64,000 bases of DNA from Podarcis cretensis. Taxonomy: Eukaryota. The notes under the pieces are model-generated. The model ran no database searches, had not been told where the DNA came from, and was given only the letters and a program-made list of their open reading frames with translations. The stretch's first letter is position 1; each line of letters starts with the position of its first letter. Shown piece after piece: positions 25,962 through 38,325 of the stretch. A program made the translations under genes and the position numbers. Location: NCBI GenBank assembly GCA_951804945.1, contig OX638151.1:112840001-112904000 (forward strand), written 5' to 3'.

Positions 25962-28057
25962 CTCTAATAGAACTGCAAGACCCAAAGTGGGATAGTTTTG
26001 TTGGCCTGTTCAGTTATGCACTTTGGAAAATTCTTGTACCAGTTGTAGGCCTTCAGGGCCTTGTTGAGAAACACTACCCACTGACAAATATCATGAGCAA
26101 CTTACTCTGCACTGTTCAGATGAAACTCAGAAGTCCCTATAGACACAGGAGAACTAAAGTGAAACGGAGTCAAAACAGAGTCAAAACTGCAACAACATTT
26201 GAAGGGAACTTTTCCCATGACACATGGAATAAAAGGGGTCCATTTAGCATACTAGAAAGTGCTGGCTGGAGGGGTCTTAAGATGCAATCCTAACACTACC
26301 CACCTGGGAGTAAGCCTCATTGAATTCTTTAAGATCTACATCAGAGTAGATGTGGTTAGGGTTGCTCTGTAAATAGGAATCAAAAAGTCCAACTCCCTCT
26401 AGGTTTGCTGGAGAAATGGGGGAGGAAATTGCTGCCATTTGAATTTTGCTTGCTGCAATTTGCATACTGCATTTTGCCCACATGCAATTTGCATTTTGCC
26501 TGCATGCAATTTTCATGTTCGTCTGGAGTTCAGGAACGGAAATCATGCAAGTGAATATGAGCAGTATTCACTACCATTGACTTTCGCCCCAGATATTATG
26601 CAAATAATTGTGTTATTTCTGCATTGTTTTTGACACTGCCCTTCCATTGAAATGTACCGAAATCAATTCTGTTATTAATTCCATGATAAATTACATTAGT
26701 TTCAACCACAGAGGACAGCAAGATGAGCAGCATACGTTTTAGCACAGGCTGAACTGCAGCAGAATGGAAACATGACTGATTGTGACATACACGGAATGAG
26801 GTGGGTACCACTGCCTCCTCACATCCACACTCCCCTCTCAGAAGCAGGAATCCTACCTAATGCTATTATTGCCCCCTTACTCCACCTAGAGATGCCAATG
26901 GAAATACAGCTGAAAGTAGCACCTAGATATGCTGCTTATGTCTAATGATGGTGGCTAGCCATGATGGAAGCTATGCTCTGCTTCCATGGTTGGGGACAGT
27001 ATACTTTCTAAAGTTGTTTTAATTTGTTTTAAATATTGTGTTTCAATAGTGTAACCCACCTTAGGACCTTAGGGTGAAGGGCAGGTAATTAGTATTATTA
27101 TTAATAATAAATACCAATTGCTGGAAACAGGAGGGGAGAGTGCTCAGGTCTTGCTTGGACATTTTCCCTGGCAAAGATTCCTGAAAACAGGATGAGGGAC
27201 TACACAGCCATTGGCCTGATCCAGCCAGCTCTTTTAATTTTGCTCCATATGAAGCCTAGTAGTGGAATCCCATCACGGCTTCATATGATCAGCCCCCACT
27301 CTTACAATTAAACCATTGTTTGTAGCATTCAGGCTAAATCTTTGGGGCTATGGTCTGAACCCACTGTACTTTCTGGTCCATACTGGGGTGTCAGAAACAA
27401 CTGATTACTGTCCTATTTAAAGCAACCATATATATGTATGTGTTTTTAATGTATTTTTCCATTTGCATGCCACTTCTCAACTGCACAGTAGCCAGGGTGG
27501 AGCAAAACAAAGTTAAAGCAAAAAAAATGAAAATTCACGCTCTGCAACCACAGGTGATTCCAGTGGAATTATAGGTAAATAGGCTTGGAAGAGAAAGTCC
27601 AATGCCAGTCTCAGTACAGGAAGAAATTAAGGCCTCACTCTTGGAAACAGCAGGTGAGGTGAGAAATGTGTTCTTTAGCAGCACACCACAGACTGCAGCT
27701 GTGTATGTGAAGACCCCCGTCCTCTCTTCCCCATATTAAACAAGCTCCACTCCTTCAGTCTTCTTAGAAAGGATATTCTCCAGACCTCTAAGCAATCCTG
27801 TTGCTTTGCTCTGGATTATTTCCAGCTTCCATGTGTCTTTTTTGAAGTCTGGAAATGACATACTACTCACACAAAGCATCCCTAATGCCAGGGAGAGGGG
27901 TGGGGGAGAATTATCGCCTCTGTTTTACTCATAACGCTCCTTTCCATGGAGCCCAGTATGGCATTAGCACAGCAGTACATAGCTAATCAATCATCTTTTC
28001 TGCTAGGACCCCCCGCCCTTGCCCTGAAGCCATTTCCGCACTGCTATTTGCTAGGAA

Positions 28058-28429
28058 GGGACGCAGGTGGCGCTGTGGGTTAAAGCCTCAGCGCCTAGGG
28101 CTTGCCGATCGAAAGGTCGGCGGTTCGAATCCCTGCGGCGGGGTGCGCTCCCGCTGCTCGGTCCCAGCGCCTGCCAACCTAGCAGTTCGAAAGCACCCCT
28201 GGGTGCAAGTAGATAAATAGGGACCGCTTACCAGCGGGGAGGTAAACGGCGTTTCCGTGTGCGGCTCTGGCTCTGGCTCTGGCCAGAGCAGCGATGTCAC
28301 GCTGGCCACGTGACCCGGAAGTGTCTCCGGACAGCGCTGGCCCCTGGCCTCTTAAGTGAGATGGGCGCACAACCCCAGAGTCTGTCAAGAGTGGCCCGTA
28401 CGGGCAGGGGTACCTTTACCTTTACCTTT
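28058..28429 (+). mobile_element. Sauria SINE (subfamily with tggcccgtacgggcagggg 3' end), copy 1 of tandem pair
   Basis: Full length, CpG-rich, TSD atttgctaggaag. Confidence 0.92.
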
Positions 28430-28491
28430 ATTTGCTAGGAAGCAGTGCGGAAATGGCTTCAGGGCAAGGGAGGGGCAATTTGCTAGGAAGA

Positions 28492-28861
28492 GGGACGCGG
28501 GTGGCGCTGTGGGTAAAACCTCAGCGCCTAGGACTTGCCGATCGCATGGTCAGCGGTTCGAATCCCCATGACGGGGTGAGCTCCCGTCGTTCGGTCCCAG
28601 CTCCTGCCCACCTAGCAGTTCGAAAGCACCCTTAAGTGCAAGTAGATAAATAGGTACCGCTTTATAGCGGGAAGGTAAACGGCGTTTCCGTGTGCTGCTC
28701 TGGTGCCGGTTCGCCAGAGCAGCTTCATCACGCTGGCCACGTGACCCGGAAGTGTCTGCGGACAGCGCTGGCTCCCGGCCTCTAGAGTGAGATGAGCGCA
28801 CAACCCTAGAGTCTGTCAAGACTGGCCCGCATGGGCAGGGGTACCTTTACCTTTACCTTTT
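28492..28861 (+). mobile_element. Sauria SINE, copy 2 of tandem pair
   Basis: Full length, TSD atttgctaggaag. Confidence 0.92.
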
Positions 28862-29927
28862 ATTTGCTAGGAAGACATATTCCAGCTAGTAATTATGCAT
28901 TTGTTTTTACCCATCTCCAGAACGCTGAATTTATGCTCGTTAAATGTAACCCTTTTTATTTCTGCCAATTCCCCCCCCCCCCCGTTTGTCAAGATAAATA
29001 TTTATTTGTGGCCCTGTCATTGCAAAGCACTTTCAGCCTCTCTCGGTTTGGCATTACTTGCAAATCTGAGTTCTGTACTTTCTATCCCCTTGTTAACGAG
29101 TATATTAAATAGCACTAGACCAAGATTTATATTTCCACAAGTGTTTGCTCTGTCACAGAGATGCAGAAGAATGTGTCCTCATACTCCTTCAGGCATCTAT
29201 ATAAGGAAACTGTCTCCTGGATTATTGAATTTCTAATATCTGCACAAGCAGGGAGGCAATTACAGTTAGAGGACACCTCTAGGCTGCTCGACAGGTACAC
29301 TAAAAATAGGATAGTTGAAACAGCTGTTTGGACATCAAGTGGTGACAGGTGAAAGACGTTTCAGATAGATAGCTCTAGGTTCCTGAACTGTATTTAGATA
29401 ATGCATTTTCTGAGTAGACCAGATCATAGCAGGTACAAGAGCCTCAGAGATACCTTGAGTTGTTGCCAATCAAGCTCTGGGGGAATACATCTGAGTTAAA
29501 CTATACATGTCAGAGTGTACCATGCGATTTCCCCTGAAAAGTAACAAGTGGAGGCTGTAATGAGTGGAGGAAAGGTGGATTAGGAGTTAAGAGTTTCCCC
29601 TCTCTCAAAATTGTCCTTTTAGGTGCTTTTACCCCACTGGGGAGAGATGGGGTCCTGCATATTTTGCCGAAGGGGAATGGGGAGAGAAGCATGTTGAAGC
29701 ACAGGGGAAATAGTTAAGTCCTTTCTCTAATGCCATAACTCCAATTCAAAGCAGGGCACTCTGCAGCTGCACTGACCCTTTCAAGAAAAAGTTGGGACAC
29801 AGGATCCCAGATCTCCTGATGTGTTGTCCAGTTGTGCCCTAATCCTAACCAAAGGGCTAAAGCAAAACAGACTGCTAGAAGGATGCATATGAAAACAGAC
29901 TGCTAGAAGGATGCATATGAATATATA

Positions 29928-30909
29928 CCGTATTGTTCGCTCTATAACACGCACCTGACCATAACACGCACATCGTTTTTAGAGGAGGAAAACAAGGGAA
30001 AAAACATTCTGAATGAAACAGTGGATGTATCATTTTTGTGCTTCATGCTGTGGCCACAGACATGTGAACTGATGGTGAATTTGGGGTGACCCAATGCAAA
30101 AATCCTGAGAATCCCTGTGGATCCATGCTTTGTAACCACGTTTTTGCACCATTGCAGCCCCAGGCAACAGTGGGTGCGTGATTTTTTGGGGGCAGGCTGT
30201 AGCCATGGACATGCTATGTGCTCTGATGGTGAATTTGGGCTGACCCAATGCAAAGATCCTGAGGATCCATGTAGATCCATGTTTTGTAACCACGTTTTTG
30301 CACCATTGCAGCCCCAGGCAACAGTGGGTGCGTGATTTTGGGGGGGGGGCAGGCTGTAGCCATGGACATGCTATGTGCTCTGATGGTGAATTTGGGCTGA
30401 CCCAATGCAAAGATCCTGAGGATCCATGTAGATCCATGCTTTTTAACCACGTTTTTGCACCATTGCAGCCCCAGGCAACAGTGGGTGCGTGATTTTTGGG
30501 GAGCAGGCTGTAGCCATGGACATGCTATGTGATCTGATGGTGAATTTGGGCTGACCCAATGCAAAGATCCTTAGGATCCATGTGGATCCATGCTTTTTAA
30601 CCACATTTTTGCACCATTGCAGCCCCAGGCAACAGTGGGTGCGTGATTTTTTGGGGGCAGGCTGTAGCCATGGACATGCTATGTGATCTGATGGTGAATT
30701 TGGGCTGACCCAATGCAAAGATCCTGAGGATCCATGTGGATCCATGCTTTTTAACCACATTTTAAGTGGGGAGGGAAGGAAAAACACAGAAGGGACAAGG
30801 AGCAGGGAGGGGTGTGCAGAGAAGCAGCTGGCTAAGAATGCAGGAGAGGGGTAGGGAGGAAAGGAAGGCAAAAGTTTTCCCTCACCTACCCACCCAAGCC
30901 AGCCAGCTT

Positions 30910-30948
<39 letters not shown>

Positions 30949-31268
30949 TCTGCATGTTTTCAGCTTTCCCCTCTGCTTGCCTGGAGGGGAGGGGCTTTCC
31001 CTGCTCTTCGTTCCGTTTGAGCAAACACAGCAAGGAAACAGAGGTGGGTGGGCAGTAAGACCCTGAGGCAGAATGCCGGAAAGCAGCCGCTTCCTCTTTT
31101 CAAGTTTCCCTTCTAGGAGACGCGCGGTTTGATTTTTGCCTGCTTTTTTTTTGCCTCCCCTCGCATCAATTGGCTCCAGGGACCACACATTCGCTCAATA
31201 ACACGCACAGACATTTCCCCTTCCTTTTTAGGAGAAAAAATCTGCGTGTTATAGAAGGAAAAATACGG
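29928..31268. mobile_element. Non-autonomous Tc1/mariner (Tigger-like) element, 1341 bp
   Basis: TIRs ccgtattgttcgctctataacacgca / tgcgtgttatagaaggaaaaatacgg, TA on both sides; no transposase ORF. Confidence 0.85.
30069..30763. repeat. Tandem array, ~4.5 copies of a 154-bp unit
   Basis: Units start at 30069, 30223, 30380, 30534 and 30688. Confidence 0.95.
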
Positions 31269-31436
31269 TAGTTAGAACAGCAGCTGGAAAGAGGATGCAA
31301 ATTCCCAGAAGAAGGATGATTTTAATGGCATATAAGTATGGAGTGTACAAACTTTACAATGGATTGTCTTGGCAGGATGATGCACCTTAAAAGTCTTACA
31401 GAGCTATCCAGAATCCCCGGGAGGCGGCCGTAGGGC

Positions 31437-31437
<1 letters not shown>

Positions 31438-31477
<40 letters not shown>

Positions 31478-31600
31478 TTTATTTATATCCCGCCTTCCCC
31501 AGCTGAAGTCGGGCTCAGGGCAGCTAACAACAATAACACAGTACAAAAGTACAGCACAAACAACACTCTAAAATCATTCATTATAAATTAATTCACTCCT
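31438..31600 (-). mobile_element. LINE/SINE 3' tail with (TTA)n
   Basis: (aat)n followed by tttatttatatcccgcc, a typical reversed retroposon tail. Confidence 0.55.
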
Positions 31601-32852
31601 AAAAGAGTGTCCCTACCTCAATCACAGCTGTGCTGCTTGCACTGGCCAGGATGGAAGGGATGGGGAGGAGTTAAAATTGCAGTTTCACTACAGCAGCTCC
31701 CAGGCTGGTGTAGCAAAGAAGCCTGGGTAGGGTCTGTTGCCACCATGGGGTGACAGCAGGGATGGCCCAGGATCCAGTGGTTTCTTTGCCAGCTTTGCAA
31801 CACTCTACATTGGGGGGGGGGGGGGTTCTGCAGGTGTGTTGAGATCTTCTGCATTGGTGGACCTCCCTTGCAACCTGGCCAGTCGGGAGTTTGGATTGCA
31901 ACCTAATAAATGCATGAAATTTAAGTGCTCACATTTCATATTGCATTACTGAATTGCACGCCATTTGGAACTGAAACAAAGAAGAGCCAAATAAATAATG
32001 TAGGTTACCATCTACCCATTCCATTGTTTCCATTGTTTTATTCTTATCACATCTCATACACAGAGCTTTGCAGAGAACGATTAGACATGAAGATTGCCTA
32101 TGTAAATAACCCTGTGTAAGAAGGTGTCCTAAAGTTGTACTACACCCTGATATGTCTTTCTTAAGCAACCCGTGTAACATGTACTGAATGGGTGCTGGAT
32201 AATGTACATTTCGTCACGTGATGCCAAGATGCTTAGCTGCAAAAACTGATGTCTGCTGTGACTTTGCTAAGGCACAAACAGTAAGTAGAGGATTTAATGT
32301 CTAAATACATCCATTAAATTCACAACAGCAGTAATTGGGAACCTATGATTCTATTATATAAATCCATCTCTCAGGACAAAACACCTTGCAAAACATAACA
32401 TCAAGTACTTTGGTTAAACATCTAGCTGAGAGATGGGCAAAACCTGTTGTTTTATTTCTGCTGCCCACTTGTCTGCCTCACAGTCTTGGAAATCCACAAA
32501 AACTCCACATAGTTTTCTGGGTACCTTGAACTCAGTTCAGAATGTTTGTCCAACCCAGTTGTTGTCCACTGCTTTTCATAGGCTAGGTGGTCCCAATTTT
32601 AAACCACCAGCAGACTTGCACAAGAGTTTGTACATGCAGTTCCTGCTGGTATCCCCCCCACCCACTGATAGAAAATAAACCTAAAGCTGGGTTCAAGATA
32701 ATTGTCTGCATTTGCAAAATGGTTGTGAACTAGTTGGGTATGGCAAAGCATGACTTAGGGTGAACACACAGGAGTGTGGGTTCCCAAAGATGGGATTGCG
32801 ACCCCTGTGTCCCTCCCCAGTGGTCTTGCTGTTGCAGTACCTTAGTTACTGC

Positions 32853-33026
32853 CAGTGCTTTTTTTCTTAAAAAAATGTTTAGGGGTACTCTCATTTTGAC
32901 TCAAGAAAATCACCATTTTATAGTTAAAATCAGAAAAAAAAATACAGTAAATGCACAAAAGTACAAAGATTCACAAATTGTTTAGGGGTATGTGTCCCCC
33001 TGTGTCCCCCCAGAAAAAAAGGACTG
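32853..33026. mobile_element. hAT-type MITE
   Basis: TIR cagtgctttttttct / agaaaaaaaggactg; perfect 8-bp TSD gttactgc. Confidence 0.85.
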
Positions 33027-33865
33027 GTTACTGCTCATGGTTTTTCTGGAGCAAGGATGGAAAGATTTGTCAATTTCAGTTCTCTCAGTTTATCATTTCT
33101 GCCATTTTAAATTTAGTTCTCCACAGAAATTTGTGTGTGTGTGTGTTTTAAAAAAATCTTCATGAAAAATTCTCCAGCAATTTAGTGTGAATTTCTCTTA
33201 ATGAACTCATTTTTGCCAGCGGTTTTGACTAATGTGTACATCTTTGCAAGCAACTGCTCATAATGTAATGCTATCTTCACGAACGCATTCATCTTTATGC
33301 ACACTCCCCCCAACATATGCATTTTTTGTAAACAGAGACCAGTTGGAGGGATGCATAGCAAAATTCAGATGAGTGCGAATTTCAAAGGCTCGCTGTACTT
33401 TGGCTCTCGCATTGTTTCAAATGGCAAAAAATTTGAAAGATTTGGCTTCAGATGAGAACTGGATCAAGTTTCTTCTCTATCCCTCATCTAAAGCAAGACA
33501 AAACACAAATCCTGGTCTAGACAACTTGCTAATTCAGATCATGGCTTTGTTCACAGTAGCACCACAGGAGGACCAGGAGAAAACCATTGTTGCCACCATC
33601 CCTTCTCCAGGAACCCACACATTTGTGGTAAGCTGTTTGTTTGTTTATTAATACCCCCTGACAGGAATTCCAGGCAGCCTACAGATAAAAGAGTCTGACT
33701 TAGCAGGATGTGTGAACCAGAACAATATCCTCCATGGAAGTGGAGCAACTGGATTACTGTGCCATTAGAAATAACAAGCAAAAACTGTTTTGGATCTACC
33801 ACTTAAAATTATATTCTGCTCATCAGAAGATCCATGAAATAACAGGTACCTATAATTTCCCACTG

Positions 33866-34218
33866 TGGGTGGTGCTGTGGTCTAAACCACAGAGCCTAGG
33901 GCTTGCTGATCAGAAGGTCAGCGGTTCGAATCCTCATGACAGGGTGAGCTCCCGTTACTCGGTTCCTGCTCCTGCCAACCTAGCAGTTTGAAAGCATGTC
34001 AAGTGCAAGTAGATAAATAGGTACCCCTCCGGCAGGAAGGTAAACGGCACTTCCGTGCGCTGCTCTGGTTCGCCAGAAGCAGCTTAGTCATGCTGGCCAC
34101 ATGACCCGGAAGCTGTCTGCAGACAAACACCGGCTACCTTGGACTATAAAGTGAGATGAGCGTCGCAACCCCAGAGTCATCTGTGACTGGACCTAATGGT
34201 CAGGGGTACCTTTACCTT
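33866..34218 (+). mobile_element. Sauria SINE
   Basis: Head-to-tail match; 11-bp TSD tataatttccc. Confidence 0.92.
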
Positions 34219-34809
34219 TATAATTTCCCTGTGTCAAATGAACCAGTCAAAAGTTGGCACCTATTTTAACATGTGAAGAGACTATATAGTCTAAACCTTT
34301 TAAAAAGCTGTTTATTGATTTACTCTTCAAAAACTATAACGTAAAATGCCATGAATTAATTTCCTGCAAGTTAACAGCTGCCAGAAAAAGCTACATGAAA
34401 TAATGAAAACAATGCTGTTAACCAGTCCTGTCTATGGGGAAGGGAGAAACAAAACAACACAAATGCACAGTTACGTCACAGTGTCTGAGATGGAGAATAG
34501 ATGCAATGCACAAAACATGTCATTGCCGGCATCGAGAGGGGTAGCCATGCTACAGTCTGTTGCAGCCACAAGGCTCTCTGATGCTATATTCCATATCTGT
34601 GAGAGATTTTTGCAGGATGCCAAACTCTTTACTTTGCTCAGATAACAAAATAATAGGATTTCTGCATGCTTCAAAAACCACCCCCTTATTCCTGAATGGA
34701 AAAAGTTGAGATTTTGCATTGCTTAAAAAAAAATCCAGGTGCACTGCACCCTCTGCTGGTCAAGGATATTCTTTACACTGAATGACATGCACAAAGATTA
34801 AATAACATA

Positions 34810-35335
34810 CTGTATTTACTCAAATCCAATGCTCACTCTTTTTTTGGTAAAAGTACGTTGCGAAAATTAAGGTGCGCATTAGATTTGATGGCACATTTAC
34901 ATTCGCCAGCAAATACTTTTTTGGGTTTCAAGGTTCTGAAAATTGAGGTGTGCATTAGATTTGATGGTGCATTAAAGGTAAAGGGTAAAGGGACCCCTGA
35001 CCATTAGGTCCAGTCGTGACCGACTCTGGGGTTGCAGTGCTCATCTTGCTTTATTGGCCAAGGGAGCCGGCGTACAGCTTCCGGGTCATGTGGCCAGCAT
35101 GACTTAAGCCGCTTCTGGTGAACCAGAGCAGCGCACGGAAACGCCGTTTACCTTCCCGCCGGAGCGGTACCTATTTATCTACTTGCATTTTGAAGTGCTT
35201 TCGAACTGCTAGGTTGGCAGGAGCAGGGACCAAGCAACGGAAGCTCACCCCGTTGCGGGGATTCGAACCGCCGACCTTCTGATCGGCAAGTCCTAGGCTC
35301 TGTGGTTTAACCCACAGCGCCACCAAAAAATACAG
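34810..35335. mobile_element. Tigger-like MITE remnant containing a Sauria SINE
   Basis: ta|ctgtattt ... aaatacag|ta termini. Confidence 0.55.
34974..35324 (-). mobile_element. Sauria SINE
   Basis: Reverse-complement match, CpG-rich (young). Confidence 0.93.
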
Positions 35336-35563
35336 TATTTTTGTAGGATACCATTCCCCCCCCCCAAATGCACACTCATTTGTGTGTTAACATTGCCTAT
35401 ATTTTTTCTTTCCATGTGATGAAGCATTGCACATCTTTCTCTGATATTTATTTCATTAGCATTCATAATTAGAGACCTGGTTGAGTATCAGCCTGACACC
35501 AGGCTCATTGTCCATAAGCAAAAAAAATAAAAATAAAAAAGAATGGTGCTCAAATCTCCTTAC

Positions 35564-35650
35564 CTTGGGCTTTTCATCCAGTATTTGCTGACGAATCTCC
35601 TTGTGCTTCTCCACAAGTCTTTCCTGCCTTTTACTTTGAGCATCTTCTAG
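35564..35650 (-). CDS. PLCB1: PLCB1 exon ~31 (87 nt), last exon shared by the 1a and 1b isoforms: [29 protein letters not shown]
   Basis: Acceptor attccag|CTA, donor AAG|gtaagg; ends in phase 0. Confidence 0.95.
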
Positions 35651-37690
35651 CTGGAATAAAGCAGGCAAACAATTTATTGCATTCAAACATGTGTATTTCA
35701 TTCTTCAGTTCTATACTGAAGTAGTTCTGTCCAGGATAGAACAGTATAACATAAGCATTCTTAGCAGAATATTTGATTTGTTTTTCAACAAAACAATGCT
35801 TATTGATATATTATGTATACTTGGAGATTTAATTTAAAACATTACATTTTCCCTCCAAGAAATGTGCAGTTTAAAAGACACTTAAGAATGCTAGAAGAAA
35901 CAGCTGAAGTTTATAGGTAGTTGATAGTAGCATTTAATCATGCCATCATCCAGCACCAAAAAATTAGATAGCTTTGCACAGTTAAGGATGAAGCCAGGAC
36001 TAATTTTATTTCTTAGCAAAGAATAACAAGTAGAAAGAAATAAGAAATAAAATAAGAAAGAAATGAGAAATAAAAAGGAATGCCAACAAATCAACACATT
36101 TTCTTTGGGTTATTTTTTTTAATAACTAAAAACACATGTTCTATAGAACATTGTTGTGTACGTCTAACTTCCACATATGCTGCAATGCAATTTTTGACAT
36201 CAGCTTCTGAATCAATTGGCATGCATGCCATACTCACTTGAACAGGAATTTCTGTTCATTGGCCCTAGCATCGTTGCTCTCTCCCTGTTACCTATTGATC
36301 ATCTGCCACTCAATAGTCAATTTCAAACCTTCATGCATTTCACAAGAATGGGAGGGAGAGTCTGGCTAAGGCTTTATTCACTAAGCCTCTAAAACTGCAG
36401 CACAAACCTAGAAAGGATACTTTTTCTGAAGAAAAGCAGCTTCAGGAGGGCTTTATGAGTGATGCAAGAAAGCATCTGATAGGGAGCATTCAACTCTATC
36501 TCTGACAGTCATTTCTGATCTTCCTGTAATGTCACTGCCCCTTCTCCTGCCCCAGTGAGTTGAAACACAGGGAAACCCACCCGTGGAATCTCACAGGAGG
36601 ACAAGTCTCTGGGAAGGATCTGGAGCAGTGGAGAAAGGAATAAACACCTGCTCACTACCCACTACTGCTCTGCTCAAAGCGGATCCCTCTCAATGGCACT
36701 TTTGTTCACAAAAAGCAGCCATCAGCTCTGTGGTACATGCATGTGTGTATAATGCGTAATGGCTAATTTGTGAAGCCTCAGCTATAGCTCCTCCACATGC
36801 CTATGTTGATCCAAAGTCAAGCATCCATCCTGCTGGGTCTGGGACTGCCTGTTTCACCATTCCTGGTGAGGAAATGATGGCTTTTGCATCAGTTTTTAGC
36901 TGGGAAACTGACCCCCAATTCTTGGAAATACCTTCTCTCCGGCTGAAATTGATGCAAACAGTGTCATGCTGTTCTTTCCAGCAGAAATGGATGCTCTTTG
37001 ACTACCTCCGCCGTCTCCCTTGCCATCAGGAAAGTCACTAGGTCATTGGGGAGCCCGGGAAGGGAGGAAGGTAGCACCAGGTGTTTGATTTCAAGGTGCA
37101 GCAGGCCATGCTCCCAGCCTGCTCATGACATACTATGAGAAGCGCCAAACTTGACTTGTGTCTGCCTCCATGGAATCAAACCAGGTCATTTGCCATCATG
37201 AGCCCTTACATTCAATTTCCCATGACAACATTTTGCAATGTATTGTAAATGCTGGAAGGGGACTCTGCTCAGATTTCTTAGAACAGCTTTGAGCATTACC
37301 TTACCTGCAGAAAGAGAATTTTTTAAATTCTCCACACTTTCTGTTCCTCCGCAACATCAGATCTGAAACACAGCTGATAAAGTTTCCAACATTCCTTCAC
37401 ATTTCAGATGTGATATTATCATGGGGAAACACTTGACTCCTGCACAGCAAGATAATATTCAAAGTGGCTCTTGATAATTCTACAGAAGATGGCAAACCAA
37501 GTTTACTAAAAATGTAGCATTGCAAGGAACCATAAATGCAAGATATCTCTTTTCAAATGACAAACACTGCTTTCATTGCTCTAACATTATTACTCCTTGT
37601 AAACCAATATAAGTACTGGAATTTGCCTGTTATCTTCATGCCATATGCAAATACAGACAGTTTTGATGAACTTGCATGCAGCGGACTCAC

Positions 37691-37748
37691 CCTTTTAATG
37701 TATTGCACCACCTCCTGAATATATGATCGAATCATTTCTGTCTTCTCC
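37691..37748 (-). CDS. PLCB1: PLCB1 exon ~30 (58 nt): EKTEMIRSYIQEVVQYIKR
   Basis: Acceptor ctcccag|G, donor AGG|gtgagt. Confidence 0.95.
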
Positions 37749-38325
37749 CTGGGAGCAAGATTAAAAACTACTGATTCCATTCCATTAATTTTTAACTGGC
37801 ATTATTAATGCATAATTTGCTAGCTTCTGCCACAGAGATCCTTCTCACCAATTCTTTGTACATTACTTTAACTAAATAAGGGGAAATAAAAACCAGACAG
37901 CCCAGAAGCCACACATTATGTTCTGCATTAGAAGTGGTTTGACCAGAGACCACAAGTGGACCACACAAACCTTGTGAATGGAAAGGTCATATCGGTTCTT
38001 AATGTGTGAGGAAAGAAATCACAGGCGTGCCTCAGAAACGTTTCAGCACCATGGACAGGGAAACTCATAGCCCTCTTGAACTATAGCTCCCATCATCCCT
38101 GACCTTTGACCTTGGTGGCTGAGACTGGAGTCCAATAACTGCACCTAGAGACACCTAAGTTCCCCACCACTGTTTTACACCAAGCAACTCTTCTTGAGCC
38201 CATTATCTCTCTCCCACCTTATCTTCTGCAGGGATGGAACAGAGTTTTGTCCCAATTAGGATTGAGGCTCCACTCCACCATAGAACCTGCCCCATTCTGA
38301 TGGTTTCAGCACAAGTCAAACGTAG

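Noticed and set aside
30069-30763. Regular repeat array as CRISPR, or as a repeat protein (ORFs 29942-31033)
   Set aside because: Units are contiguous 154-bp tandem copies with no unique spacers and no cas genes; the unit length is not a multiple of 3; the array lies inside a vertebrate DNA transposon
31618-31854. ORF containing SETAILTPPHP as a possible PLCB1b exon
   Set aside because: Only superficial similarity, and I found no convincing in-frame acceptor
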